Source: a virus
DNA length: 64,000 nt
Reading direction: 5' to 3' (one strand)
IMG/VR virus record: IMGVR_UViG_3300034073_004654
Coordinates: 1-64,000 of that record
Position 1 is the first letter of the stretch; each line of letters opens with the position of its first letter. The translations under genes and the position numbers were made by a program. This document shows, in pieces, positions 18,391-27,955 of this stretch. The notes under the pieces are model-generated. The model saw only the letters and a list, made by a program, of their open reading frames with translations. It was not told the DNA's origin and made no database searches.

Positions 18391-19056
18391 TCATAAATAT
18401 GTTAGATTTACTAAGCCCGAAAGCTCTTTAAATTGCTTCAAGTCATATTCATCTTCTATATCAGATAGCTTTTGAATAATATTTTCAATTGCCTGGTTTC
18501 TTTCTTGCCATTTTTCAGGGAATTTTGGTAGTTTTTTCTTTAAGAGAATATTATATAATTTTTTTAATTCCTTTTCTGCTTCAAATAAACGCTCATCTTT
18601 GGAGCCTTTTTTTAACAATCCTGTTATTGCTTCATATAAAGACTGTATGCGATTTCTAATTATGCTTTCTTGGGGGTGTAATTTCGGGCTCGAGCTTTCA
18701 AATTTTATATGATTATATAATGTTGTAAATTTTGGAGATTTTAAATATGATTCTCTTATTTTTATAAGCCTTTGAAAAGCATTTTCAATTTTTTCAGAGT
18801 TGCGTGGATCTGTTTGTAAATCGTACACTATTTCTTCTAGTTCTTTTTTTGCTAAGGCTAATTGTTGCTGTTCGGCAGCAGAATATTTAACAGCTTCGGT
18901 AGGACTTAATGCTTGTTTTAATCCGCCGTATAAACTTCTCATGCCTTTCATAATGGATAAATTATCAGGTTTTTGAATATTATTTTGAGACAATTTATCA
19001 AAACCATATTTAATATTATAATAATTTGCTACTTTGATAATTGAATTTAATGACAT
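18391..19056 (-). CDS. Leader-family helical hypothetical protein
   Basis: MSLNSIIKVANYYNIKYGFDKLS. Confidence 0.8.
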   Translation of the reverse strand: MSLNSIIKVANYYNIKYGFDKLSQNNIQKPDNLSIMKGMRSLYGGLKQALSPTEAVKYSAAEQQQLALAKKELEEIVYDLQTDPRNSEKIENAFQRLIKIRESYLKSPKFTTLYNHIKFESSSPKLHPQESIIRNRIQSLYEAITGLLKKGSKDERLFEAEKELKKLYNILLKKKLPKFPEKWQERNQAIENIIQKLSDIEDEYDLKQFKELSGLVNLTYL

Positions 19057-19084
19057 GTCGATTACCCTTTAAACTCTTACATTA

Positions 19085-19097
19085 ATATTTAATTATT
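19085..19097 (-). promoter_or_regulatory. Candidate late-promoter motif
   Basis: AATAattaaATAT on minus strand upstream of 19056. Confidence 0.55.
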
Positions 19098-19220
19098 AGT
19101 AAAAAGTTAGCAGAAGCTTTAGAAGATCAACGAAACTAAATGGTTTTCCAGTCATCCAAAAAAGCCGACCCAGCTATTCCGAAAATTTGCCACCCTAATA
19201 AACTATCTGCAATTAAAGCG

Positions 19221-19249
19221 TTGACTTGGAAAACATCCCGACTTATACT
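19221..19249 (+). promoter_or_regulatory. Sigma70-type promoter
   Basis: TTGACT-N17-TATACT; upstream AACTATCTGCAATTAA box. Confidence 0.8.
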
Positions 19250-19269
19250 GTAGATCGAGAGGTAGTACC

Positions 19270-19683
19270 ATGCCGAAAATTGATCCTATTTCTGGTTGTT
19301 CTGTTATGACTATGACTGAGTTTTGGGCTGCTGAAGCTCAAAAGGAAGGAAAAGATGTAGCAGAAGTTATGGAAGATTTCCATAATGATATTGCTGCCGA
19401 TGAGGAAAAGACTCGACAAGGAATGTTGAAAGATTTTTCGGGAGCTTTGGAGAAGCTTAAGGAATATTATGATCCTGAATATGATGATTCAGGATTGGTT
19501 CCGGTAGAAGTTCTGGAAATTACCGACGCTGATTGTTCTTATGGTTATAGCAAATCAAAGAGCAGCTTTGTCGCAAAGGTTCGATTTGAAGATCAAGTGC
19601 GAAATGTTCAGTATTCCGAGGTTTCGCACAATGGCAGCTTTTACGAGCCGCCCGATTTTGAGGCTAATTGCGTAATTCTTTGA
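19270..19683 (+). CDS. Hypothetical protein
   Basis: GAGGT SD. Confidence 0.75.
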   Translation: MPKIDPISGCSVMTMTEFWAAEAQKEGKDVAEVMEDFHNDIAADEEKTRQGMLKDFSGALEKLKEYYDPEYDDSGLVPVEVLEITDADCSYGYSKSKSSFVAKVRFEDQVRNVQYSEVSHNGSFYEPPDFEANCVIL

Positions 19684-19697
19684 GAGGAGAAAATATT

Positions 19698-19979
19698 ATG
19701 AATAAAACAATTCTTTTGGTTACGATCTTTTGTAGCGGTTGTGCAAAGGAAACAGTTGTCCAATCGCCAGATAAAGTAGTTGTTATTCAAGCTCCGTGCG
19801 GGTCAAATCCTGATAATTTTGATCAAGCGGGAAATATTCTTGTCAATGGGGCTCGTTGGACATATAATCAAGCAAAGAATACTTACGAATGGGTGTTTTC
19901 TGAGGAAAATCAGAAAAAAGCTATGGATTTGCTAACTGACGCTAAGAAGAAGGCTGAAAATTTCGTTCAATCGGAATAA
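19698..19979 (+). CDS. Putative lipoprotein
   Basis: MNKTILLVTIFCSGC lipobox-like signal. Confidence 0.6.
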   Translation: MNKTILLVTIFCSGCAKETVVQSPDKVVVIQAPCGSNPDNFDQAGNILVNGARWTYNQAKNTYEWVFSEENQKKAMDLLTDAKKKAENFVQSE

Positions 19980-19991
19980 AGGAGAAATATC

Positions 19992-20534
19992 ATGAGCGCA
20001 GATAATGCCATTGTTATTGGTAAGTTCCTAGTTAATGGAAAGGTAGCATTTTCCGTAGTAGAAACAAGTGCCATCGACAATGTTGATTATTATCGAAATC
20101 GAGGCAATTCTCGAGAATTGCAAGAGTACGTTCATGATATTTGGAAGCGTGGAAAATTTTTCCTTGATGAAAAGGAAGCTTTGACTTATGCTCATACCAC
20201 AAATAATGAGTGTGGAACCGAATACGGAGTAATCAGCATTGATTTCTCCGATATTTCTCCTATGCCAAGCTTGGTGAGTTTCGTGGATGCTGCAAAGTTT
20301 GCCGAAAACTATGAGTCAAAAGATATGAGAAAGACTCAGCCGGAAATCAAACTGGATAAAGAGTGGGTGGCTGAAACTCTAGGCATTTTCAAAGGTTTAC
20401 TAGCAGCATGTCCAATGACCGAATCAAAAGAATTTGAGCTTTGGATGATGCACCAAATTCACAAAATGTGGCAAGACAAAAAAATTTCAGGAAATCAAGT
20501 AGCTTTGCTGTTGGATGAAGTTTGCTGTTACTGA
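19992..20534 (+). CDS. Hypothetical protein
   Basis: MSADNAI...TEYGV; AGGAG SD. Confidence 0.75.
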   Translation: MSADNAIVIGKFLVNGKVAFSVVETSAIDNVDYYRNRGNSRELQEYVHDIWKRGKFFLDEKEALTYAHTTNNECGTEYGVISIDFSDISPMPSLVSFVDAAKFAENYESKDMRKTQPEIKLDKEWVAETLGIFKGLLAACPMTESKEFELWMMHQIHKMWQDKKISGNQVALLLDEVCCY

Positions 20535-20540
20535 GGTAAT

Positions 20541-20768
20541 ATGGAAAATCTAACTGTAGCAGAATTGTTGGCAAAGCGAGCTAAAGAAAAAGAACAAGGT
20601 GATTGGTATCCTGCTAGTGGAGGAACAGAAACTCCATTTCTTACTAGATCGAGACGCCGATTGCTGTATGTTTGGCAACCGTCTACTGGTAAACATGCTT
20701 ATTTGGACTGCGACACTGATCTAATTCTTTCAGATGAAGAAGCTGAAATAGCCTTGTCCATGTATTAA
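20541..20768 (+). CDS. Hypothetical protein
   Basis: WYPASGGTETPF...LLYVWQPSTGKHAYL. Confidence 0.7.
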   Translation: MENLTVAELLAKRAKEKEQGDWYPASGGTETPFLTRSRRRLLYVWQPSTGKHAYLDCDTDLILSDEEAEIALSMY

Positions 20769-20788
20769 AAAAATCTTATTATGTGGTC

Positions 20789-20816
20789 TTGACAAGATAT
20801 TATCCGTGTTTATGTT
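20789..20816 (+). promoter_or_regulatory. Sigma70-type promoter
   Basis: TTGACA-N16-TATGTT. Confidence 0.7.
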
Positions 20817-20929
20817 AGCGGGAAGGGCAACACAGACCAAGAAAGAAATAATTATGTTGAGTTTAATTGAATTCCTGGTTGTTTCCAGTCTTTTGTCGGT
20901 TTCCTTTTTCTTTCAAGGATCGAATTAAA

Positions 20930-21184
20930 ATGGCTAAGAAGTGCAATTGTCATAAGAATCGAGAAGCTGCCGTTGCTAAAGGCATGGATTGGCACGAGGC
21001 TCATCGCAAATATTCTAAGTCTGGATATCATGAGCATCGTTGCGAGTGCAATTGTGGTTGTAAAAACGATACTCTTGGTTATAAGCATTGCGTAAGCTGT
21101 AGCTTTGACAAAAACTGTTGTAAACTCCGAGATCAAATTGGCATGAATATTCTTGGCTTGCCAGTTTTTGCCAGCGACAATTGA
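20930..21184 (+). CDS. Small Cys/His-rich protein
   Basis: CNCH...CECNCGC...CVSC...CC. Confidence 0.6.
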   Translation: MAKKCNCHKNREAAVAKGMDWHEAHRKYSKSGYHEHRCECNCGCKNDTLGYKHCVSCSFDKNCCKLRDQIGMNILGLPVFASDN

Positions 21185-21196
21185 TTTAGAGGGAAT

Positions 21197-21508
21197 ATGT
21201 TTGAAGTAGTTTACAATGATTGTTATGGCGGGTTTAGCCTAAGCAATAAAGCTCTGAATTGGCTTAAGGAAAATGGGATGGATTTGGGAGATAATTGTTA
21301 TCCTCTTGATAGCGAACTGCCCCGCCATCATCCTCTTTTGGTGAAATGTGTAAAAGAGCTTGGTCAGGAAGCTGGAAATCAATATTCTAATCTTGTTATT
21401 GCTGAAGTTTCCAGCAAATCTGGAAAATATTTGATTCGAGAATATGATGGATTGGAGTGGGTGGAAACTCCAGATTCTATTAATTGGGTAGATGCAGCTG
21501 TTCTTTGA
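21197..21508 (+). CDS. Conserved hypothetical phage protein
   Basis: VVYNDCYGGFSLS...RHHPLLV..V.ELG...YDGLE. Confidence 0.8.
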   Translation: MFEVVYNDCYGGFSLSNKALNWLKENGMDLGDNCYPLDSELPRHHPLLVKCVKELGQEAGNQYSNLVIAEVSSKSGKYLIREYDGLEWVETPDSINWVDAAVL

Positions 21509-21519
21509 AAGGAAATATT

Positions 21520-21843
21520 ATGTTTAATCTTGATACTTGTAAGAATCTTGGGAATCAATTTCAAGCGGAAGTTACTCCTTGCTACCAAGAAGATAAGGTA
21601 AAAGGAGTTCATCTAAAACTTCGTAATTCTTGGACAGTTTCAATTCAGTGGGGATATGGAACTTATACTAACAATCGAAATTCTATGGAACATGATTCTT
21701 GCGAAGATGCGGAAATTGCCGCTTGGGATCATAATGATGAATGGTATGATTTTGGTTATGACCAAGTAAAGGGCGGCTGTAATTTTGAGACAGTCAAAAA
21801 CTTTATTAAGGAAATTGCCAGCAAACCAAGTCATCTAAACTAA
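21520..21843 (+). CDS. Hypothetical protein
   Basis: AAGGA SD. Confidence 0.7.
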   Translation: MFNLDTCKNLGNQFQAEVTPCYQEDKVKGVHLKLRNSWTVSIQWGYGTYTNNRNSMEHDSCEDAEIAAWDHNDEWYDFGYDQVKGGCNFETVKNFIKEIASKPSHLN

Positions 21844-21857
21844 GAAATATTGTTCCA

Positions 21858-22067
21858 ATGCATTCTTTTACGATCTACTGGAGTTATAATTTTCCTTTTT
21901 GCCACGCTATTCCGCAAATTGGAACTACTATTGTCCGAGCAGAATCCAAAGAGAAGGCATTGGAACAATTCAAAGATATTGGTTATCCCACTATTAGCCT
22001 TAATGGTAAAGGCTATTATAGAGTAGAGAAAATTGAATCAGGCAGTTTGATTAATTACAAGATATGA
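21858..22067 (+). CDS. Hypothetical protein, paralog of 24600..24800
   Basis: Shared IxW...VxA...A...F...GYxRxExI. Confidence 0.65.
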   Translation: MHSFTIYWSYNFPFCHAIPQIGTTIVRAESKEKALEQFKDIGYPTISLNGKGYYRVEKIESGSLINYKI

Positions 22068-22320
22068 TTTATTTTGTAATCTTGACTTTGATTTTTTGTT
22101 TAATTTTTTCCATTGCATTAAGTTAATAATTTAACTTAATTAAGAGAGGTTAACGTGAAAATTAAACGTAGAAAAAAGAAAGAGCCAAGAAACATTGTTG
22201 TAATGGATATGATTCTTAATCCAAAGGATTGCAAAATTACAAATCGAAATTCCAAAAGATTAAACAATCCAAGAAAAAAATTTTGGGATTTTGAAGATTG
22301 ATAAGATCTTTTTTTGTGCC

Positions 22321-22348
22321 TTGACAAGAAATAAATCGTGATTAACTT
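22321..22348 (+). promoter_or_regulatory. Sigma70-type promoter
   Basis: TTGACA-N16-TAACTT. Confidence 0.6.
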
Positions 22349-22387
22349 GCTTGTAGTGGATGGCTTTCCACTATATACAAGGACATT

Positions 22388-22588
22388 ATGAATAAAATAA
22401 TTGTTAATTTCGACAATGTTCGTCCTGGCGATGTTTTTGAAATTTGCGAAGATGGTAACTGGACGGCAATTAGTACGATTAAAAAGTCTGACCCTGATAG
22501 TTTTGCAGAACTTTTAACAGCCTTGCAAAAGGGATTTGTTGATTTTGGAAGAATGGTTCCTTGTCGAGCTGTCCGATTTCTTAATTGA
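22388..22588 (+). CDS. Hypothetical protein
   Basis: AAGGA SD. Confidence 0.6.
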   Translation: MNKIIVNFDNVRPGDVFEICEDGNWTAISTIKKSDPDSFAELLTALQKGFVDFGRMVPCRAVRFLN

Positions 22589-22595
22589 TTAAATT

Positions 22596-23042
22596 ATGCT
22601 CACTATTCAAGAGAAAAAGCAAGCCGTTCAATTAAAAAAGATTGCCCTGGATAAGCTTTCTTCTCATGGAATTCAAGACAAGTTTACTGTTAAAATTAAA
22701 CCTGTTCAAAAGAACTGGGTAGCTCAATATCGGGGCAAGAGTCAGTTTTCTTCTGGCGGATCAATTTTTTGGCTTTCTTCTGAGTTGCTAAATAATCCAG
22801 ATGAGTTTGTCATTTCTGTTTTACATGAGTATGGTCATGTCATTGCAGAATTTGCTTGGATGCAAAGCCCTGATTTAAGTCAACTTATCCAAGATAATTG
22901 GAAAGGTGAATTTCATGGTCGTCCTTGGAACGAAGAAAATTTTGCAGAAGAGTTCGCTCAATATTTGGCAGGTAGATTCTGTTCTTCCAAAGAAATTCTG
23001 AATCAAGTAATTGTTCAATTTATTAAGGATGCATTAACGTGA
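22596..23042 (+). CDS. Zincin-like metallopeptidase domain protein
   Basis: VLHEYGH ... EENFAEEF. Confidence 0.7.
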   Translation: MLTIQEKKQAVQLKKIALDKLSSHGIQDKFTVKIKPVQKNWVAQYRGKSQFSSGGSIFWLSSELLNNPDEFVISVLHEYGHVIAEFAWMQSPDLSQLIQDNWKGEFHGRPWNEENFAEEFAQYLAGRFCSSKEILNQVIVQFIKDALT

Positions 23043-23131
23043 AAAATATTTTAATCAATGTTTCTGTAGCAGCAGTTACAGTTTTTCCATTTGTTTTTGG
23101 AATTGCTATGATTATTTTTTAGGAGGTTATT

Positions 23132-23323
23132 ATGTTTTTGGCAAAGCTATATGACAAGGGAAGTGGAACTCCAATTTGTTTGGATTTTGAAAACAAACCG
23201 CATTCTCATATTTTTCTAAATGGAAAACTTTATTCGCTGATTAATAATGAGCTTGTTTCTGAACATGGTTACAAACAAACTTATTATTATGGTCAATCGT
23301 ATTTCGAGAGCGTTACTAGGTGA
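23132..23323 (+). CDS. Hypothetical protein
   Basis: AGGAGG SD. Confidence 0.6.
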   Translation: MFLAKLYDKGSGTPICLDFENKPHSHIFLNGKLYSLINNELVSEHGYKQTYYYGQSYFESVTR

Positions 23324-23350
23324 TCTTGTTTACTTTCTTGCATTGCAGTG

Positions 23351-23378
23351 TTGACACTTAATTTTGAGTGGTTAAGTT
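23351..23378 (+). promoter_or_regulatory. Sigma70-type promoter
   Basis: TTGACA-N16-TAAGTT. Confidence 0.6.
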
Positions 23379-23419
23379 CATTGTGTGGCTGAGAGTCACG
23401 CCTAACGGAGAGGTAATTT

Positions 23420-24142
23420 ATGAGCAAGAATAATTTTTCCGCCGCATACGTCAGCAATTCCAAGAACGTCAAGCTTTCCAAGACTGGAAAGGGTGTAGAT
23501 GCTACTTATTCCAGCATTAAGGCTACCTGTCCTAAAGATTGTAAGCTTAAGAATGAGGGGTGCTATGCCCAAATCGGAAATACTTTCTTTACCGTAAAGC
23601 GTTTGGATCAAAACGCTGGTAAGAAGTCTGGAATTGCGGTTGCCAATGAGGAAGCATTGGCAATTGATAATGCTTGGAAGGGCGGAAAGGTGCCTAATGG
23701 GCAGCTTTTGCGGCTTCATGTTTCGGGGGATTGCACTACGGATAATTCCGCAAAGATCGTTAGTAGTGCGGCAGAACGCTGGCTTAATCGTGGCGGAAAG
23801 AATGTTTGGTCTTATACCCATGCTTGGCGTAGGGTTAAGCGAAATTCTTGGGGTAAGGTCAATGTCCTGGCAAGTATGGAAAATCCCAAGGACGGAAAGC
23901 TGGCAATTAAGCGCGGCTATGCACCGGCTTTGGTAGTGGGCTCTTTCAAGAACGATAAGGCATTTGTGAAGGAGGGAATTCGTTGGATTCCTTGTCCGGC
24001 GCAAACCAAGGAAAATGTAACTTGCGCTGATTGCAAGTTGTGTCATAATGTCGATAAGCTGGTAGAGCGTAATGCCGGAATTGCTTTTGAGACTCACGGA
24101 GCCCAAAAGAATAAGGCAAAGCGTCATTTGACGGTTCTTTGA
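23420..24142 (+). CDS. Gp88/DUF7227-like Cys-rich protein (radical-SAM-like Cys motif)
   Basis: TCPKDC...GCYA, RLHVSGD, WSYTH, CPAQ..CADCKLC. Confidence 0.65.
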   Translation: MSKNNFSAAYVSNSKNVKLSKTGKGVDATYSSIKATCPKDCKLKNEGCYAQIGNTFFTVKRLDQNAGKKSGIAVANEEALAIDNAWKGGKVPNGQLLRLHVSGDCTTDNSAKIVSSAAERWLNRGGKNVWSYTHAWRRVKRNSWGKVNVLASMENPKDGKLAIKRGYAPALVVGSFKNDKAFVKEGIRWIPCPAQTKENVTCADCKLCHNVDKLVERNAGIAFETHGAQKNKAKRHLTVL

Positions 24143-24225
24143 ATTGAAAAGGTAAGCTATTAATAGAATAGCGAGAATGGTTGCGAGGTTGGGGCAAACC
24201 ATTCAAAGATTTAAGGAGGATAATT

Positions 24226-24579
24226 ATGAGCTTTTCCTTTGTTTATAATGTGGAGCGATTGCGTCATATTGAAACGGGCAAATTGATCACTGAATCTCAA
24301 TTTGAAAAAATGGCAGAGCTTCTTAATTTCGAAGTAGTAGCAATTGATGTATTAAATGCTCAATATGAGCTGGTAGACATATCCTTGGACGTAGAAGGAA
24401 GTGGATATTATTCTCCTGGTCGAATTCATGGCGATCCCTTGGATTGTTATCCTGAAGAATTCGAGTATGAACTTTGCTCTATTACCTATGATGGTCAAGA
24501 CTGGGAAAATTTGGTAACGGACAGTGAGCGAGAAGCTATTTTGGAAGAGCTTTCTGATAAAGTCTATCATGGAGAATAA
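24226..24579 (+). CDS. Hypothetical protein
   Basis: AAGGAGG SD; PG...GDPxDCYPEE. Confidence 0.7.
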   Translation: MSFSFVYNVERLRHIETGKLITESQFEKMAELLNFEVVAIDVLNAQYELVDISLDVEGSGYYSPGRIHGDPLDCYPEEFEYELCSITYDGQDWENLVTDSEREAILEELSDKVYHGE

Positions 24580-24599
24580 CCGTTAATGGTGGTTAAATT

Positions 24600-24800
24600 A
24601 TGAATAATTATAAAATTCATTGGCGATTTTGTTTGTCTAATTGGCTGGCACATACTTTCCCCGATTCCGTTAAAACTGGAGTTGCAGAAGTTTCTGCTAA
24701 AAATACTTCCGAAGCAAAAATTAAATTTCGAGAAGCCGGATATTATGATGTAACCCAAGATAAGAATGGTTACTTTAGAATAGAAAATATTATCCAATAA
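24600..24800 (+). CDS. Hypothetical protein, paralog of 21858..22067
   Basis: Shared motif pattern. Confidence 0.65.
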   Translation: MNNYKIHWRFCLSNWLAHTFPDSVKTGVAEVSAKNTSEAKIKFREAGYYDVTQDKNGYFRIENIIQ

Positions 24801-24851
24801 CATCTGCACAATTACAAAAATTAAAATCTAGGATTAGAAAGAAATAATAAT

Positions 24852-25235
24852 ATGAAAATTTTAATCCTAGATGATATGAAACACAGACATGATGCTTTTG
24901 ATGAAAGATATTCTAGCGATCAAATTGATCATGCCTATACTTATTCTGATTTTTTAGATCTTCTTATAAATAAATCTCCCTATGATATCATCATGCTAGA
25001 TCATGATTTAGATGACTTGGTTAAAAATTATGATTATTATTATGATGGCTGGGGAAGAAAAAGACCCTATAACGGACAACACGCAGCTATAAAAGTTACA
25101 GAACTTCCCGAAGAATTGCTGCCTCAAAAAGTGATCATTCAATCCGTTAACAAACAAGGCGCTCAAGCCATATTTAATATCATTCAAAATCGTGGACTAG
25201 ATGTGGTTTTGGAACCTTTTGATTCAAATCAATAA
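24852..25235 (+). CDS. Cyclic-phosphate-processing receiver-like domain protein
   Basis: ILILDD...R, LDHDL, NG, IIQSVN..GA. Confidence 0.7.
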   Translation: MKILILDDMKHRHDAFDERYSSDQIDHAYTYSDFLDLLINKSPYDIIMLDHDLDDLVKNYDYYYDGWGRKRPYNGQHAAIKVTELPEELLPQKVIIQSVNKQGAQAIFNIIQNRGLDVVLEPFDSNQ

Positions 25236-25237
25236 TT

Positions 25238-25456
25238 ATGATTTTTTCTGTTGATTATCTTAACGGTCTTTGGAAAATCAATATCAACAATTCTCTGGCA
25301 GAAAATGAGTTGTTTGATTCTTCTCTGAAAACATTAAATCAAAACTGCAAAATTAAATCAGTTTTTTTGAACAATACCGTTTGGGCTTTTGAGGATATTC
25401 GTATGTTTGCAGACGCATGTGTTAGCTTACGAGAACGTGGCTTTGTTCAAGATTAA
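25238..25456 (+). CDS. Hypothetical protein
   Basis: ORF in operon. Confidence 0.55.
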   Translation: MIFSVDYLNGLWKININNSLAENELFDSSLKTLNQNCKIKSVFLNNTVWAFEDIRMFADACVSLRERGFVQD

Positions 25457-25463
25457 TTTAATT

Positions 25464-25497
25464 AAAAGCCCGTTGACATTATCGTCAACGGGCTTTT
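25464..25497. terminator. Intrinsic terminator (contains TTGACA)
   Basis: aaaagcccgttgac/gtcaacgggctttt. Confidence 0.75.
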
Positions 25498-25521
25498 CTT
25501 TATGATTGCAAGGAGATAAAT

Positions 25522-25938
25522 ATGGGATGGTTTGGTTACGGAATTTATGATGGAGATGAAACTCAAACTTGTCATTATGCTTATATCCGTTGGGCAAAGA
25601 TAGAATCCAACAAAAAAAAGATCAATGACTGGCTAACTGTTTCTGGTACAGTCTTGCCAGAAGATAAACGTCAACTACTTGTTACAAATTCCAATCTAAT
25701 TCTTAAAAAACTAAAGAAGCCTAAGTTCTGGGACGAAGAATCGGCTATTGAATGGCAAATGCTTTTAGCTTTGTTCGTCGATAATAATTTAGCGACTCCA
25801 GAACTAATTCATAATACTGGAGTTGAAGCTACTGAATTTCTAATGGGTCAACATGCCGAAGAATTCGACTCCCCCAGGAAACGAAAATATCGGTTGCGAA
25901 AGTTTTTGAACAAAGCAAAAGAATTGAGAAACTCATGA
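25522..25938 (+). CDS. Hypothetical protein
   Basis: AAGGAG SD; MGWFGYGIYDGD. Confidence 0.7.
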   Translation: MGWFGYGIYDGDETQTCHYAYIRWAKIESNKKKINDWLTVSGTVLPEDKRQLLVTNSNLILKKLKKPKFWDEESAIEWQMLLALFVDNNLATPELIHNTGVEATEFLMGQHAEEFDSPRKRKYRLRKFLNKAKELRNS

Positions 25939-26192
25939 TTTATCGAGTCTCTATCTTAACCGAACTTCTTGTCGAAGCCGATAACGAAACCGAAGCCCGC
26001 AAAATTGGCTTTAGGAATGTTGTTGAAGAAATCAAAAATGGAACAGCAAAGTTATATCGTATGGAGCTTTTAGAATCTCAAGAAGATTTAAAAGGAGATG
26101 AACGAGGCTCTTTACCTTGGCGTTCTTCCGATAGAAAAACTCTACCAGAGTTAAGGGTGGAAGAAATTTTACCATCAGGTTTGGACTTGTAA
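25935..26192 (+). CDS. Hypothetical protein
   Basis: ATGA overlap. Confidence 0.65.
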   Translation: MIYRVSILTELLVEADNETEARKIGFRNVVEEIKNGTAKLYRMELLESQEDLKGDERGSLPWRSSDRKTLPELRVEEILPSGLDL

Positions 26193-26425
26193 TCATGAAT
26201 GATTTTAATATCTTCGGATTTCATTTCCACAAAACCAACCCCGGAGAAATCAGCCACCAAGCAACTTGGGTTTGTTTCTACGGGGATTGCTATTTTCAAA
26301 CCAATGACTCTTTAATTAAATTAATTTTAGAAATCATCAAAGAATATAAACAAGATAAGCATTTAACAGGATGATTATTCCTCATATTCATTCTCATCCT
26401 CATCATCTTAGTCTTCGTCTTCATC

Positions 26426-27547
26426 TTAGTCTTCGTCTTCATCCTCATCCTCATCCTTAATATATGAAAGGAATTTACCTAAATCATTATTAACTAATTC
26501 TTCTTCCCACCCATGTTCAAAATAGTTTAATAATTCCTTCATTTTTGATAAACATCCAATCATCCAGCTTCTTAAAGCTGAGGAATCTGTCTGCTCTATG
26601 ATAGATGATTCTGTAATTTTTTTATTATATTCATCAAAAATATTTTGTAATTTAAAAGCGTTCCATGCATTTGAAGATGTGAAACCTTCTAATGGCTTTA
26701 AAGCAAAAGCTATAAAATTGTCCACATTGGACAGCATTTGATGTTTTAATTTTGACAATATACCATCTACCAATTGTTTTACTTTTGGCGGCACTTCTTT
26801 GGATTTAGAAATATAACTTTCTGATAAATTTGGTTTGATTTTATCAAATTTATTTCTAAGCTCTGCTTTGGCAATATGAAATATTTCTTCAATGGTTTGA
26901 ATTATTTCTCTTTTAGAGTGCCCTTTAAAATTCTTTATGAATAAAAATCTTATATACCCAGCTAGTCCTTGAGAGGTTTCATTTATAGGCTGAAATCCGC
27001 TTAAAGATGAAGCTAAATCTTCATTTAACTGATCCATCAATGTAATAACTTCCTTATTATCTTTGTCTTTTTGAGTTGTTAATTGATTAACAAAGTCATG
27101 TTCTATTACTTGGTGAATTAAATCATGAATTAATATAAAAATAGGACTTTCAACATTTTCGCTTTTGGAATCTAGAACACCTTGATTTTCTAAATGATTT
27201 AAAATATCATAAGCGTTAATTTTTGGAAATTTCTGATTATAAGAATCGCAAATAAATTTAATTAATTCTTTGGTTTTATCGTGAGATAAATAAAATGACT
27301 TTATGTCCTTATCTGAAGAACTACCTATGATTCCATAATTAATTTCTAAATTCTTAATAGCATTTTTGATTTTATTATCGAAAATAGCAAAATTATTTAT
27401 ATCGTTATTAATTTTTGCCATTCTATTGCCAAACCAAAGACCTGAATGTAATTTTTTACCGAGCGGCTCTCTTAACTGAAATAACTCAGGAGAAGCAGCC
27501 AGTTTGGCAAATAAATTAACAGCTCTATTTAACAGCTTAATATCCAT
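26426..27547 (-). CDS. Leader-family protein with HDxxH zincin-like motif
   Basis: Start reassigned to MDIKLLNRAVNLFAKLA; FILIHDLIHQ...NEDLAS. Confidence 0.7.
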   Translation of the reverse strand: MDIKLLNRAVNLFAKLAASPELFQLREPLGKKLHSGLWFGNRMAKINNDINNFAIFDNKIKNAIKNLEINYGIIGSSSDKDIKSFYLSHDKTKELIKFICDSYNQKFPKINAYDILNHLENQGVLDSKSENVESPIFILIHDLIHQVIEHDFVNQLTTQKDKDNKEVITLMDQLNEDLASSLSGFQPINETSQGLAGYIRFLFIKNFKGHSKREIIQTIEEIFHIAKAELRNKFDKIKPNLSESYISKSKEVPPKVKQLVDGILSKLKHQMLSNVDNFIAFALKPLEGFTSSNAWNAFKLQNIFDEYNKKITESSIIEQTDSSALRSWMIGCLSKMKELLNYFEHGWEEELVNNDLGKFLSYIKDEDEDEDED

Positions 27548-27553
27548 GAAATA

Positions 27554-27566
27554 ATATCTTGATATT
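27554..27566 (-). promoter_or_regulatory. Candidate late-promoter motif
   Basis: AATAtcaagATAT, 6 nt before ATG 27547. Confidence 0.55.
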
Positions 27567-27592
27567 AACATATTAAACTTACAAAGGGCATT

Positions 27593-27868
27593 ATGAGCGG
27601 CGGACATTTTAATTACAGCGGCTATATCTATTTCCAAGTAGAAGAATTTGCCGATCAATTAGAAAAAGATATTGCCAATAACAATACCCCAGATGAATAT
27701 GGTTATTCCCCAGGCTATAATGATGAAGTCATAGCTTATCTGAAATCCCAAGTTTCTAAGATTAGACAAATGGCGGAAACTATGCGAGCTATTGATTACC
27801 TGTATTCAGGAGATCATGGCGAAGATTCTTTCATGGAAATTGTTAAGAAAATTGAGAAGTCTAAGTGA
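27593..27868 (+). CDS. Conserved hypothetical phage protein
   Basis: MSGGHFNY...IDYLYSGDHGEDSF. Confidence 0.75.
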   Translation: MSGGHFNYSGYIYFQVEEFADQLEKDIANNNTPDEYGYSPGYNDEVIAYLKSQVSKIRQMAETMRAIDYLYSGDHGEDSFMEIVKKIEKSK

Positions 27869-27936
27869 TATTGTTAATCGAATAATGTCATAGCTTTTTG
27901 TCATAGCTTGTCATAGCTTAAACTTACTATTAAGTG

Positions 27937-27949
27937 AATATTTTCATAT
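27937..27949 (+). promoter_or_regulatory. Candidate late-promoter motif
   Basis: AATAttttcATAT, 6 nt before ATG 27956. Confidence 0.55.
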
Positions 27950-27955
27950 TCAAAT

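Noticed and set aside
26400-26460. 18-bp tandem duplication at the end of the 26426 gene
   Set aside because: Slippage in an Asp/Glu-codon tract that duplicates the stop codon; no sign of function.
27547-27658. ORF-track N-terminal extensions (also 29744-29780, 33761-33820, 30549-30662)
   Set aside because: They overlap neighbouring genes, promoters or tRNA; downstream ATGs align with SD sites or the leader.
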